Part shown: positions 1 to 8,898 of the stretch, one piece after another
Layout: each line of letters starts with the position of its first letter
Numbering within the stretch: the first letter of the stretch is position 1
Assembly: GCA_035534875.1 (NCBI GenBank)
Contig: DATLRB010000013.1
Span: forward strand, 5,859-69,858
DNA from: Candidatus Saccharimonadales bacterium
Lineage (GTDB): Bacteria; Chloroflexota; Dormibacteria; Aeolococcales; Aeolococcaceae
Reading direction: 5' to 3'
DNA length: 64,000 nucleotides
Translations under genes and position numbers: made by a program
Notes under the pieces: model-generated
Told to the model about the DNA's origin: nothing
Database searches by the model: none
What the model saw: the letters and a program-made list of their open reading frames with translations, nothing else

Positions 1-48
1 GACGCAGGTTCACGTCCGACGGCGGTCGGCGCCGGGACAACCCGGGTC

Positions 49-306
49 TCAGCCGCCCTCGACGAACGCGTCCAACGCTGTCTGCATGCATGCGACGAGC
101 TCGCGTGCCGACGCCACGCTCAACTCCAGCGCGACACGTTCACTCACCGAGCGCCCTGCGCAGACGAAGTCGACGATCAGGGCGTGGTCGAGCGTCGCAT
201 GGAACGGATGGTCGACCGAAACGACGGCGCCGGTGATCGGGGCCCAGGTGCCCGCGGCCTTGGCGCTCCCGGTCACCGCGGTCCTCTCAACAATGTACGA
301 GCACAT
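49..306 (-). CDS. small conserved hypothetical protein (85 aa)
   Basis: Intact ORF with high GC3. The sequence MCSYIVERTAVTGSAKAAGTWAPITGAVVSVDHPFH is reminiscent of small actinobacterial proteins of unknown function. No catalytic motif recognised. Confidence 0.35.
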   Translation of the reverse strand: MCSYIVERTAVTGSAKAAGTWAPITGAVVSVDHPFHATLDHALIVDFVCAGRSVSERVALELSVASARELVACMQTALDAFVEGG

Positions 307-315
307 GCGTCTCTC

Positions 316-1056
316 CTAGCTCAGGTGGCGGCGATAGAAATCGAAAATGAGACGCCAGCCCTGGACGGCAGCCTCGACCCGGTACATCGGACGATCCACG
401 GCGAAGAACCCGTGACCGGCCTGTTCGAACGTGTGGAACTCGTGTTCCTTGCCGAGCCTCGTCAGCTCGGCGTCGATCCGGGTCACCTCGTCGGGCGAGG
501 GATTCCTGTCCTCGGCGCCAAAGAGCCCGAGGATCGGGCACGAAATCTTCGGCGCGCGATCGATGACCGGCTCCATCCTGATGGGCAACTCCGGCGGCGA
601 GGCGGAGATCACGAACGCCCCGTAGCAGTCGACCGCCGCATCGACCGAGAGCTCGCACGCCGCGAGGAAGGACTGCCGCCCTCCCGAGCAGTACCCGATC
701 GAGCCGGCCTTCCCGCTGCTCGCCGGCAAGCCTCTGAGGAAGCGCAGCGCCCCGCCCGCGTCGCCGAGGAACTGCTCGGTGCTGATCCAGCCCCCCGCGC
801 GAGCCGCCGCCGCCGCGTCGTCCGGGGCGAGGTCGGGTCCGAAACGGTGGTACAGGTTTGGACAGATCGCGATATATCCCTCGGAAGCGAATCTCCGGGC
901 GATCTCCTTGGTCGCCGCGTCCCACCCGGGTGCGTGGTGGATCACCAGCACTCCCGGGAAGGGCCCGGCTCCGAGCGGCCGGGCGAGATAGGCGCCGATC
1001 TCCTCGTCGCGATGACCGAGGATGGTCACGGTCTCGGCGATCATTCCCTGGTACAC
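316..1056 (-). CDS. dienelactone hydrolase family protein
   Basis: 246 aa. Alpha/beta-hydrolase pattern: PGVLVIHHAPGWD, nucleophile elbow GYCSGGRQSF, C-terminal HGFF. Confidence 0.8.
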   Translation of the reverse strand: MYQGMIAETVTILGHRDEEIGAYLARPLGAGPFPGVLVIHHAPGWDAATKEIARRFASEGYIAICPNLYHRFGPDLAPDDAAAAARAGGWISTEQFLGDAGGALRFLRGLPASSGKAGSIGYCSGGRQSFLAACELSVDAAVDCYGAFVISASPPELPIRMEPVIDRAPKISCPILGLFGAEDRNPSPDEVTRIDAELTRLGKEHEFHTFEQAGHGFFAVDRPMYRVEAAVQGWRLIFDFYRRHLS

Positions 1057-1101
1057 GTCGTTCCTCCAATCACACGATGTGGCGAACGCGACCGTACCGA
1101 A

Positions 1102-1461
1102 TCAGGACATTCTCAGGAGGTCTCCCACGCCGACTCCGGCCCGCGCAAGCGCGCCACTCGGCAGCTCGATCGCCGCCTTGGCCCGGCGCACAACGCGTGA
1201 GATCCGCCAGGGCCTGAGTCCCTGATACATCCGCACCACGTGGCCGTCGCCGTCGATGAACGCGACGTCGACCGGGAACCGCATGAAGAACATGTGGATC
1301 GAGCTGCAGGGACGCAGGCACAGGCCGGCGTCGGACGGGAGCTCGCTGCGACCCATGAGGCCCATGAACCGCCGCCACGGTGTATCGGCCATGGCGACGG
1401 CACCGGCGACGGTGGTGCCGGTGGAAGTGGTCAGACGGAAGCTCCGCTGCGCAGAGGGCAT
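1102..1461 (-). CDS. DUF192 domain protein
   Basis: 119 aa with the characteristic GLMGR...IHMFFMRFPVDVAFID...ELPSG pattern. Confidence 0.75.
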   Translation of the reverse strand: MPSAQRSFRLTTSTGTTVAGAVAMADTPWRRFMGLMGRSELPSDAGLCLRPCSSIHMFFMRFPVDVAFIDGDGHVVRMYQGLRPWRISRVVRRAKAAIELPSGALARAGVGVGDLLRMS

Positions 1462-1505
1462 GACCGCGATCCTACCGGGCGTACCCTGGCGCGCAACGGC
1501 CGTCG

Positions 1506-2525
1506 CTAGCTCGTCGCTCGGCCGTCAGGGATGGTGACGCGGACCTCGGTCCCGAGCCCCAGCCCGCTGCGCACCTGGACGCGGCCTCCCACCAGCGCGG
1601 CCCGCTCCCGCATCTGGATCAGACCGAGACCGGCGGTCCGCCCCAGGCGCGCGTCGGTGGCGCTGACGTCGAACCCATCGCCGTCATCCTTGACCACTCC
1701 GACGACCAGACGCGGCAGGAACGAGATGATCGCGTCCACTCGCTGGGAGTGGCCGTGCGCGAGCGCATTGTCGATGGCCTGCTCGATGATCCGGTACAGC
1801 GTGATCTCCGCGAGCGACCCCATCGCGCGCTCGCTGCCGAGGATGTGGAGCAGCACGGTTCCCCGATCAGCCCACGCGGCGAGGAGCTCCCGGATGGCTC
1901 CGACGAGCCCTCGACCCTCACGCAATGGCAGCAATCCGGCGATGACCTCCCCGAGCTGGTCGGACGCGTCGACTGCCGCAGTCCGGCACCGTGTGCCGGC
2001 CCCGGCCGCCGTCTCCGGCTCGCGGGCCAGGCTCCTGCCGATCAGCTCCGCCTCGAGCGCCGCGTCGGCGAGACGCTGCATCGGGCCCTCGAGGATCAGG
2101 CGAGCGGTCTCAGCGTGCTCCACGTCCGCTATCTCGTAGATCTGGCGTGCCGCCTGGCTGTAGCGGCTGGCGCGCTGATTCGGGTCGGCGACCGTGTCGC
2201 CGGGCACCTGGGCGAGCTGGCGGCTCACGGTGCGAAGGACGCGTTGCTCGGTCGTGATGTCGGCGAGTCGTGCGCGGATCCCCTCCGCTCGCGCCTCGAG
2301 GCGGGTGAGCTCGGTGCTCATCTCCAGTCCTTCGGTGAAGGTCGCCGCGATATCCGAGAGGATCGACCGCGATGCCAGGCCGGGAAGCACCTCGAGGGCT
2401 CTCTGCCGAGCCTCCTCCACCCGGCGGAGCCGGCCGAGGATATTGGCGCGCCGGGCGCCGACGTCGATCAGCTGCCGCTCCAGGTGAGCGCCGAGATCCT
2501 CGAGGTCGGCGGCGCGGGAGTCCAT
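1506..2525 (-). CDS. DegS-like (HisKA_3-type) cytoplasmic histidine-kinase paralog with degenerate H-box
   Basis: Coiled-coil N-terminus. HATPase_c motifs IIEQAIDNALAHG, DDGDGF and GLGLIQMRERA are intact. Clear paralog of the kinase at 37711-38802. The ORF extends to 2675, but the ATG at 2525 avoids overlap with the upstream GT2 gene. Confidence 0.7.
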   Translation of the reverse strand: MDSRAADLEDLGAHLERQLIDVGARRANILGRLRRVEEARQRALEVLPGLASRSILSDIAATFTEGLEMSTELTRLEARAEGIRARLADITTEQRVLRTVSRQLAQVPGDTVADPNQRASRYSQAARQIYEIADVEHAETARLILEGPMQRLADAALEAELIGRSLAREPETAAGAGTRCRTAAVDASDQLGEVIAGLLPLREGRGLVGAIRELLAAWADRGTVLLHILGSERAMGSLAEITLYRIIEQAIDNALAHGHSQRVDAIISFLPRLVVGVVKDDGDGFDVSATDARLGRTAGLGLIQMRERAALVGGRVQVRSGLGLGTEVRVTIPDGRATS

Positions 2526-2616
2526 GTGGAACCGCAGTCCCACCAGCGGAGCGTCGGCGACGCGGACATCGATGTGGGTCGAGGTGGTCGCTCGCTGGGC
2601 GGTTCTCACGAAGCGA

Positions 2617-3321
2617 TTATCGCCCGACGATGAACCGTAGACGCACCAGATCGTACAGAACCCCGAATGAATCACGCATCGCGCTCACCCGCGAGTCCTC
2701 CTTGTGCTCCCAGCGCACCGGTACCTCCTCGACGGTCCAGCCTCGGCGGCGAGCGCGGAGCAGCACTTCGGCGTCGAAGCCGAAGCGGAGTGTGCGCAGT
2801 GGCGTGAAGCAGGCGACCGCCGCCTCGGCGGTGAATGCCTTGAAGCCACACTGCGTGTCGTGGAGGCCCCGGAGTGCGGCCAGGCGCAGCAACCGGTTGT
2901 ATGTGCGACCCATCACCTCGCGTCGGCCCGGCTGGTGAACGTCGATCTGCGAGTCCGGCAGCGCCCGCGACGCGATGGCGACGGCGCAATTCCCGCGCAG
3001 CCGGGTCCGGAGCTGCTCGACCTCCTCGATTGGGGTGCTGAGATCGGCGTCGCTGAAGACCCGATGCTCACCCCTGGCGCTCAGCATGCCGAGGCGCACC
3101 GCGGCGCCCTTGCCCGTGTTGCGCTCGAGAGCGAGCACCCGCAGCTGCGGCCACTCCTCGGCGATGCTGAGCGACATCGACAGGGTCTTGTCGTTGCTGC
3201 CGTCGTCGACGACGACCACCTCGTACGGCTCCCCACGGCCGTCCAGGTATGCGCGCATCCTGACCAGCGTCGCGGGCAGGCGCTGTTCCTCGTTGTACGC
3301 GGGAACGACGATGCTCAGCAT
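2617..3321 (-). CDS. family 2 glycosyltransferase (polyprenyl-phosphate sugar transferase-like)
   Basis: MLSIVVPAYNEE...VVVVDDGSNDKT...FSDADLS are typical GT-A/GT2 motifs. Confidence 0.8.
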   Translation of the reverse strand: MLSIVVPAYNEEQRLPATLVRMRAYLDGRGEPYEVVVVDDGSNDKTLSMSLSIAEEWPQLRVLALERNTGKGAAVRLGMLSARGEHRVFSDADLSTPIEEVEQLRTRLRGNCAVAIASRALPDSQIDVHQPGRREVMGRTYNRLLRLAALRGLHDTQCGFKAFTAEAAVACFTPLRTLRFGFDAEVLLRARRRGWTVEEVPVRWEHKEDSRVSAMRDSFGVLYDLVRLRFIVGR

Positions 3322-3327
3322 CGGTGG

Positions 3328-4101
3328 TCAGCGCCCGGCGCGCATTGCTGCGGACTCGCGGCGCTCGAGCCACCAGTAGACCGGCAGCACCGACTGTCGC
3401 CGCAGGCGCCACGGCTGGATCGCGAGCCGCCACGCCCATTCGAGGCCGATGCGGCGGATCGAGGCGGGAGCGCGGCGTACCCGCCCGGCGAAGAAGTCGA
3501 GAGAGCCACCCACGCCGATCCCCGCTGGGGCTCCGATCACACCGAGGTACCGGTCCAGAAACAGCTCCTGACGGCCGGCGCCGAACGCTGCGAGGACGAT
3601 CTCGGGATGCGACTGCTCGATCTCGATCGCCGTCGTCTTTCCCGGAGGGCCGTCGCTGACCGCGACGACCTTGAGCCCCGGATGCGTCTCGACCATGCGA
3701 TCGCGCGCCGCGCCTGCGACACCCGGTGCGCCGCCGACGAGAGCGATCCTGTGCGCGCGGCGCTCCGCCTCGGGGAGGTAGGCGCCGATCAGGTCCGCAC
3801 CGCCCACGCGATCGGCCTCGGGATGCCCTCGACGGCGCAGCGCGCGCACGAGCCCGATGCCGTCCGGCACGACCAGCGCCGCCGACTCGAGCACCGAGCC
3901 GAAGGTTGGGCTGCGCCGCGCCATCATCACCATCTCCGGGTTGAGTGTGATGATCACCGCGGGCTGGGACGCCTCGCCCGCACGGCGCCGTTCCACGATT
4001 TCCACGAGCGTTTGCACGGCCGTCGCCATATCGACGATGTCGACGGGGCACCCGAGCACGCGAGCCCGCACCGTCGTCCGCGTGACGGGCGGCGCCTCCA
4101 C
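3328..4101 (-). CDS. WecB/TagA/CpsF family glycosyltransferase
   Basis: VLGCPVDIVDM...IITLNPEMVMMA...VVPDGIGLV...GAGRQELF match the TagA-family pattern. The GTG at 4101 overlaps the rpsI stop. The true start may be a few codons downstream. Confidence 0.72.
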   Translation of the reverse strand: MEAPPVTRTTVRARVLGCPVDIVDMATAVQTLVEIVERRRAGEASQPAVIITLNPEMVMMARRSPTFGSVLESAALVVPDGIGLVRALRRRGHPEADRVGGADLIGAYLPEAERRAHRIALVGGAPGVAGAARDRMVETHPGLKVVAVSDGPPGKTTAIEIEQSHPEIVLAAFGAGRQELFLDRYLGVIGAPAGIGVGGSLDFFAGRVRRAPASIRRIGLEWAWRLAIQPWRLRRQSVLPVYWWLERRESAAMRAGR

Positions 4102-4502
4102 TACCGCTTGGTGTACTGCGGCGCCTTCCGTGCTCGCTTCAGACCGTATTTCTTGCGCTCCTTCTCACGCGAGTCGCGGGTGAGCAGCCCTGCCGCTTTG
4201 AGCACGGGTCGAAGCTCGGGGTCGGCGGCGATCAGCGCGCGGGCGATCCCATGGCACACGGCGCCGGCCTGTCCGGCGATTCCGCCACCGAACACCTTGA
4301 CAGAGACCTCGAACCGGCCGGTGGAGTCGGTGACCCGGAGTGGCTGCGTGACCACGGTCTCAAGGTCGCGTCGCCCGAAATACTCGCTCGGGGGACGGTT
4401 GTTGACGACGATGACGCCGTCACCGGGGACGATGCGTACGCGCGCGACCGCCGTCTTGCGGCGACCGGTGGCCTGCTTGTATGGCTCAACTATTGGGGGC
4501 AA
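4101..4502 (-). CDS. rpsI: 30S ribosomal protein S9
   Basis: C-terminal 130 aa of ORF 4101..4895: [17 protein letters not shown]...[29 protein letters not shown]. In-frame TTG at 4502 overlaps the rplM stop. The start is approximate. Confidence 0.9.
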   Translation of the reverse strand: MPPIVEPYKQATGRRKTAVARVRIVPGDGVIVVNNRPPSEYFGRRDLETVVTQPLRVTDSTGRFEVSVKVFGGGIAGQAGAVCHGIARALIAADPELRPVLKAAGLLTRDSREKERKKYGLKRARKAPQYTKR

Positions 4503-4959
4503 TGATGATCTCCCCGAGTTCGCCGAACGTGATCGGCTGCGGTCGCTGGGCCTCGTGTTTGTGCTCCGAGCCCGTGTAGACGCGAAGATGGGTGAGCTGC
4601 TCCGCACCGAGGGTGTTGTGCTGGAGCATGCCGCGGACGGCGTGCATGATCGGAAATGTCGCGTCGACGGCCATCGCCTCGTCAAAGGTGCGAACGCGCC
4701 GGCCGCTCGGATATCCCGAGTAGCGGTCGTACTTCTTGAGGGTACGTTTGCGTCCCGTGACCACGATGTCGCGCGCATTGATGACGATGACGTGCTCGCC
4801 GGTGTTGATGTGCTGGGTGAACTCGGGGCGATGCTTGCCGCGGAGGACGCGCGCGATGTTCGCGGCCAGACGGCCCAGCGTCTGCCCGCGGGCATCGACG
4901 AGAAACCAGCGTTGCTCGAGTTCTGCCGGCTTGGCCTGGTACGTCAGCGTTCCGCTCAT
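4486..4959 (-). CDS. rplM: 50S ribosomal protein L13
   Basis: [34 protein letters not shown] is canonical L13. Confidence 0.95.
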   Translation of the reverse strand: MSGTLTYQAKPAELEQRWFLVDARGQTLGRLAANIARVLRGKHRPEFTQHINTGEHVIVINARDIVVTGRKRTLKKYDRYSGYPSGRRVRTFDEAMAVDATFPIMHAVRGMLQHNTLGAEQLTHLRVYTGSEHKHEAQRPQPITFGELGEIIIAPNS

Positions 4960-5750
4960 GCGGCGAGCTCCTGGTCTGTGGCGGTCGGCTCATAGCGCAC
5001 CGACCACTGGTGCAGTCCCCGTGCGGGAGCGACCGACACCGATGGATCCCGCACCGTCGCGGTGTCGACCAGCGATGCGAGCCACGCCGGAGTCGCGCGG
5101 CCCTGGCCGATCTTCACGAGTGCGCCGGTGAACGACCGCATCATGCCGCGCAGGAATGCGTCGGCGCAGACGGTGATCGCCACGGTCTCCAGCACCGCCT
5201 CGCCGCTCCCGAGCAGGTTGCGCTCGATGCTGACAGACGCGATGTGACGCACCGTGCTGCCGCCGATGCGAGGGGGGCTCCCGAAGGCCACGAAGTCATG
5301 CGCGCCGACGAGGCTGGCCGCCGCCTCACGCATCGCGTCGAGGTCGAGCGGACCGCGCACGATCCATGCGTTACGGCGCATCACCGGTGACCGTCCGTCC
5401 CGGCAGACGACGAGATAGCGATAGGTTCGTTCCACCGCGTCGCGACGCGCATGGAAGCCGTCACCTTGGAGAGCGACGCTGCGCACGGCAAGATCCGCAG
5501 GGAGCGTCGCGTTGAGCGCGTTGCGCAGCTCGTCCGGCGCCCACGCGCGCGAGAGCGTGCATCCGACCACCTGGCCGTGCGCGTGCGTGCCCGAGTCGGT
5601 GCGGCCCGCCGCGGTGAGCGCGGGGCTCTCGGTCGTGACCGTACTGAGCGCGTCACTGAAGACGCCCATCGCGGTCCGAACGCTCGGCTGGATCTGCCAG
5701 CCGGCGAAATCGGTGCCGTCGTACTCGAGGGTGAGGCTGTAGGTTGGCAC
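4956..5750 (-). CDS. truA: tRNA pseudouridine(38-40) synthase TruA
   Basis: LEYDGTDFAGWQIQP...AGRTDSGTHAHGQV contains the catalytic Asp motif. Sits in the usual position after rplQ. Confidence 0.9.
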   Translation of the reverse strand: MPTYSLTLEYDGTDFAGWQIQPSVRTAMGVFSDALSTVTTESPALTAAGRTDSGTHAHGQVVGCTLSRAWAPDELRNALNATLPADLAVRSVALQGDGFHARRDAVERTYRYLVVCRDGRSPVMRRNAWIVRGPLDLDAMREAAASLVGAHDFVAFGSPPRIGGSTVRHIASVSIERNLLGSGEAVLETVAITVCADAFLRGMMRSFTGALVKIGQGRATPAWLASLVDTATVRDPSVSVAPARGLHQWSVRYEPTATDQELAA

Positions 5751-5763
5751 GAGCGACTGGTTC

Positions 5764-6117
5764 CTACTCGACCAGCTCGATGATCGCCATCGGGGCGGCG
5801 TCGCTGTGCCGCGGCGGGAGCTTGACGACCCGCGTGTAGCCGCCCGGACGCTCCTTGTAGCGCTCGAGGTACGTGGAGAACAGCTTGTTGGAGACCTCGC
5901 GGTCGTTGACGTACAACGCCACCTTGCGCCGGGCGTTGAGGTCGTCGGGCTTGGCGTCGGTGATGACGCGCTCGACCCATCGGCGCAACTCCTTGGCCTT
6001 AGCCTCGGTGGTGGTGATGCGGCCGTAGCGCAGCAGGGAGGTCACCTGGTTGCGCGTCATCGACTGGCGATGCGCGGCGCTGCGCCCGAACTTCCGACCG
6101 GCGATGCGATGTCGCAT
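5764..6117 (-). CDS. rplQ: 50S ribosomal protein L17
   Basis: MRHRIAGRKFGRSAAHRQSMTRN...GGYTRVVKL. Confidence 0.95.
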   Translation of the reverse strand: MRHRIAGRKFGRSAAHRQSMTRNQVTSLLRYGRITTTEAKAKELRRWVERVITDAKPDDLNARRKVALYVNDREVSNKLFSTYLERYKERPGGYTRVVKLPPRHSDAAPMAIIELVE

Positions 6118-6129
6118 GAGTGGCTCCGC

Positions 6130-7104
6130 TTACCTCGCCATCGGCTGGAACAGCGTGTCCAGCTCTTCGGGCGTGACCAGCTCGCGCTGCACGAGCTTCT
6201 CGCGAATCTCGTCAAGCGACTTCTGGCCGAAGTTGCGCAGCGTCAACAGTTCCTCCTGCTTCATCGCCACGAGCTGACCGACCTTGGTGATGTCGTTGGC
6301 CTTGAGGCAGTTGAGGGCGCGAACGCTGAGCTCGAGATCCTCGATCGGGACGTCGGCGAGCCGGCTGGGAAGGTCGTTGCCGCGTGCCTGACGCTGCTGC
6401 GGCGCCGCGAGGTTGTCGCCGAACCGAACGAACAGACCGAGGTGCTCGGTGAAGAGGCCGGCGGCGCGGCTGACGGCCTCGACCGGCGCCAGGGTCCCGT
6501 CGGTCCAGACCTCGACGACGAGCTTGTCCCACTCGGTCTCCTGGCCGACGCGGGTCTTCTCGACGAAGAAGTTGGCCTTGCGCACCGGCGTGAAGATGGC
6601 GTCGATCGGGATCACACCGATCGCCTGGCCCTCCTTCTTGTTGCGCTCGGCGGTGACGTACCCCTTGCCGCGCTCAACCATCAGATCCATGCGCAGTTGC
6701 GCCTTGGGTGAGTCCAGGGTCGCGATGTGCTGACCGGGGTTGCGGATCTCGATGTCGCTGGGGCACTCGATGTCGCCTGCGGTCACTTCGCGAGGACCGT
6801 GCTGATCGAGGCTGATACGCACAGGGTCGGCACTGTGCGAGAGGACGTTGATCTCCTTGATGTTGAGCAGGATCTCGGTCACGTCTTCCTTGACGTTCTC
6901 GATCGAGCTGAACTCGTGTGCGATGCCCTCGATCGACACCGAGGTGATCGCGGCGCCGGGGAGCGACGACAGCAGCACGCGTCGCAGCGAGTTGCCGAGC
7001 GTGACGCCGAATCCGGGCTCGAGGGGCTCGATCTCGAACTTGCCGTAATCGGCGCCGCTCTCGATCTCCTTGACCGCGGGGCTGGTCATCATGTCAATTG
7101 CCAT
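6130..7104 (-). CDS. rpoA: DNA-directed RNA polymerase subunit alpha
   Basis: 324 aa. N-terminal domain GVTLGNSLRRVLLSSLPGAA. C-terminal domain LELSVRALNCLKANDITKVGQL. Confidence 0.97.
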   Translation of the reverse strand: MAIDMMTSPAVKEIESGADYGKFEIEPLEPGFGVTLGNSLRRVLLSSLPGAAITSVSIEGIAHEFSSIENVKEDVTEILLNIKEINVLSHSADPVRISLDQHGPREVTAGDIECPSDIEIRNPGQHIATLDSPKAQLRMDLMVERGKGYVTAERNKKEGQAIGVIPIDAIFTPVRKANFFVEKTRVGQETEWDKLVVEVWTDGTLAPVEAVSRAAGLFTEHLGLFVRFGDNLAAPQQRQARGNDLPSRLADVPIEDLELSVRALNCLKANDITKVGQLVAMKQEELLTLRNFGQKSLDEIREKLVQRELVTPEELDTLFQPMAR

Positions 7105-7160
7105 TCAGGACTCCTCAACAGGGAACAGGGACGTTGCGCCGATCTCGGCGCGGAGCACGG

Positions 7161-7790
7161 TCATCTCGAGTAGTACTCAACGATGAGCTGCTCTTCGATT
7201 TGTTGTTCCATCTCATGGCGCTCGGGCAAACGTGTGACCGTGCCCTTGAGCGCTGCGGCATCCAGGGTCAGCCACTCGGGAACGGACCTGCCGGATACGA
7301 GCGACTGCGCGTTCTCGAGCACGAGCATCTTGCGGCTGCGCTCGCGAACCTCGACCACGTCTCCGGGACGGAGTTGCGCGGACGCGATGTTGAGCGCCCG
7401 GCCGTTGACCTTGAAATGGCGGTGGCTCACGAGCTGACGGGCCTCACGACGCGAGCTGGCGAGCCCGAGCCGGTAGACGATGTTGTCGAGCCGGCGCTCG
7501 AGCTGCTGGAGCAGGACGGTGCCGGTGACGCCCTCGGCACCCTCGGCACGTTCGAAGTAGTGGCGGAACTGGGTCTCGAGGACACCATAGATCCGGCGCG
7601 CCTTCTGCTTGGCGCGGAGCTGGATTCCATAATCGCTCGCCTTGCGACGGCGCGCGAGCCCGTGCTGCCCGGGGAGCAGACCGCTGCGCTTGTCGAAGGT
7701 GCAGTTGGTCACGCACTTGGCGCCCTTGAGGTAGAGCTTGGCACCCTCGCGACGGCAGAGGCGGCAGACCGGACCGGCTTGATTGGCCAT
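7161..7790 (-). CDS. rpsD: 30S ribosomal protein S4 (Cys-containing form)
   Basis: CRLCRREGAKLYLKGAKCVTNC zinc-knuckle N-terminus and an S4 RNA-binding domain. Confidence 0.95.
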   Translation of the reverse strand: MANQAGPVCRLCRREGAKLYLKGAKCVTNCTFDKRSGLLPGQHGLARRRKASDYGIQLRAKQKARRIYGVLETQFRHYFERAEGAEGVTGTVLLQQLERRLDNIVYRLGLASSRREARQLVSHRHFKVNGRALNIASAQLRPGDVVEVRERSRKMLVLENAQSLVSGRSVPEWLTLDAAALKGTVTRLPERHEMEQQIEEQLIVEYYSR

Positions 7791-7799
7791 CGATTCCCC

Positions 7800-8195
7800 C
7801 TAGACCCGGCGCCGCTTTGGCGGGCGGCAGCCGTTGTGAGGGATCGGGGTGACATCGGAGATCGCGCTGACGTCGAGCCCGCTCGCCTGCAGGCTCCGGA
7901 TGGCGGCCTCGCGGCCGGCGCCAGGGCCCTTGACGAAGATCTCGATCGACTTGAGGCCGTGTTCCATCGCGCGGCGTGCGGCCGCCTCTGCAGTCACCTG
8001 CGCGGCAAACGGGGTGCTCTTGCGCGACCCCTTGAAACCCTGCGCGCCCGCCGACCCCCACGCGATGACGTTGCCGTCGGGATCGGTGAGGCTGACGATG
8101 GTGTTGTTGAACGTCGCGAGGACGTGCGCCTGGCCGACCGCGATGTTCTTGCGCTCCCGGCGCCGGGTTCGGACGACTTTCTTCTTCTTGGCCAT
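7800..8195 (-). CDS. rpsK: 30S ribosomal protein S11
   Basis: [30 protein letters not shown]...[16 protein letters not shown]. Confidence 0.95.
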   Translation of the reverse strand: MAKKKKVVRTRRRERKNIAVGQAHVLATFNNTIVSLTDPDGNVIAWGSAGAQGFKGSRKSTPFAAQVTAEAAARRAMEHGLKSIEIFVKGPGAGREAAIRSLQASGLDVSAISDVTPIPHNGCRPPKRRRV

Positions 8196-8198
8196 TGG

Positions 8199-8585
8199 TT
8201 ACTTCGTCGCCTTCTTGCGGCGCACGCCGACGGTCTTCTTCGGACCACGGCGGGTACGGGCGTTGGTGCGGGTGCGCTGGCCACGTACCGGTAGTCCGCG
8301 CCGGTGGCGCAGTCCGCGATAGGTGCCGATCTCGGTGAGACGCTTGATGTTGAGCGCGATCTGGCGGCGGAGGTCGCCTTCCACCCTGCCCTGCAGCTGC
8401 TTGGCGATGACATCGCGCAACTTGCCGACCTGGGCGTCGCTCAGGTCCTTGGTGCGCGTGTCAGCGGCAACACCCGCGAGGGAGAGCATCCGCTTCGCAG
8501 TGGTCGGGCCAATCCCGTAGATGTAGGTGAGGGCGATCTCGATTCGCTTGTCTCGAGGGACGTCAACGCCGGCGATTCGTGCCAT
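8199..8585 (-). CDS. rpsM: 30S ribosomal protein S13
   Basis: [26 protein letters not shown]...[18 protein letters not shown]. Confidence 0.95.
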   Translation of the reverse strand: MARIAGVDVPRDKRIEIALTYIYGIGPTTAKRMLSLAGVAADTRTKDLSDAQVGKLRDVIAKQLQGRVEGDLRRQIALNIKRLTEIGTYRGLRHRRGLPVRGQRTRTNARTRRGPKKTVGVRRKKATK

Positions 8586-8594
8586 TGCCCCGCC

Positions 8595-8708
8595 TTACCC
8601 CTGCCGCTGCTTGTGTTTCGGGTTCTCGCAGATCACTCTGACCGCTCCGTGGCGCTTGATGATCTTGCAGCGCTCGCACAGGCGCTTGACCGATGCTCTG
8701 ACCTTCAT
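8595..8708 (-). CDS. rpmJ: 50S ribosomal protein L36
   Basis: Not in the ORF track because it is only 37 aa. My translation is [37 protein letters not shown] followed by TAA. GAGGAA lies upstream of the ATG. Confidence 0.9.
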   Translation of the reverse strand: MKVRASVKRLCERCKIIKRHGAVRVICENPKHKQRQG

Positions 8709-8854
8709 CCTGGTGACGAATTCCTCATGGTTGGCGGCGTAGGGAGCCGATGGCAAAGTGCTCGATGCGTCCCGGGGCGATCCGTGACGCTGGTGCCGGC
8801 GGTACCCCGTTGCGTGCGCGCCGAACCAGGCTCATGCGAGAGCCCGAGGCAATG

Positions 8855-8884
8855 AGTATAAACCGCGCCCTGCTCAGCAGGCAA
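8855..8884 (-). promoter_or_regulatory. candidate sigma-70-type promoter for rpmJ / alpha operon
   Basis: Minus strand reads TTGCCT-N18-TATACT. It starts 15 nt after the map stop and would give a leader of about 145 nt. The spacer contains the inverted repeat CCTGCT/AGCAGG. Confidence 0.35.
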
Positions 8885-8898
8885 ATCGACTGCTGCCA

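Noticed and set aside
2704-4995. 763-aa plus-strand ORF spanning the GT2, TagA, rpsI and rplM loci
   Set aside because: It is antisense to four genes with clear homology. The translation is R/A/G/P-rich with no motifs. This is a typical high-GC shadow ORF.
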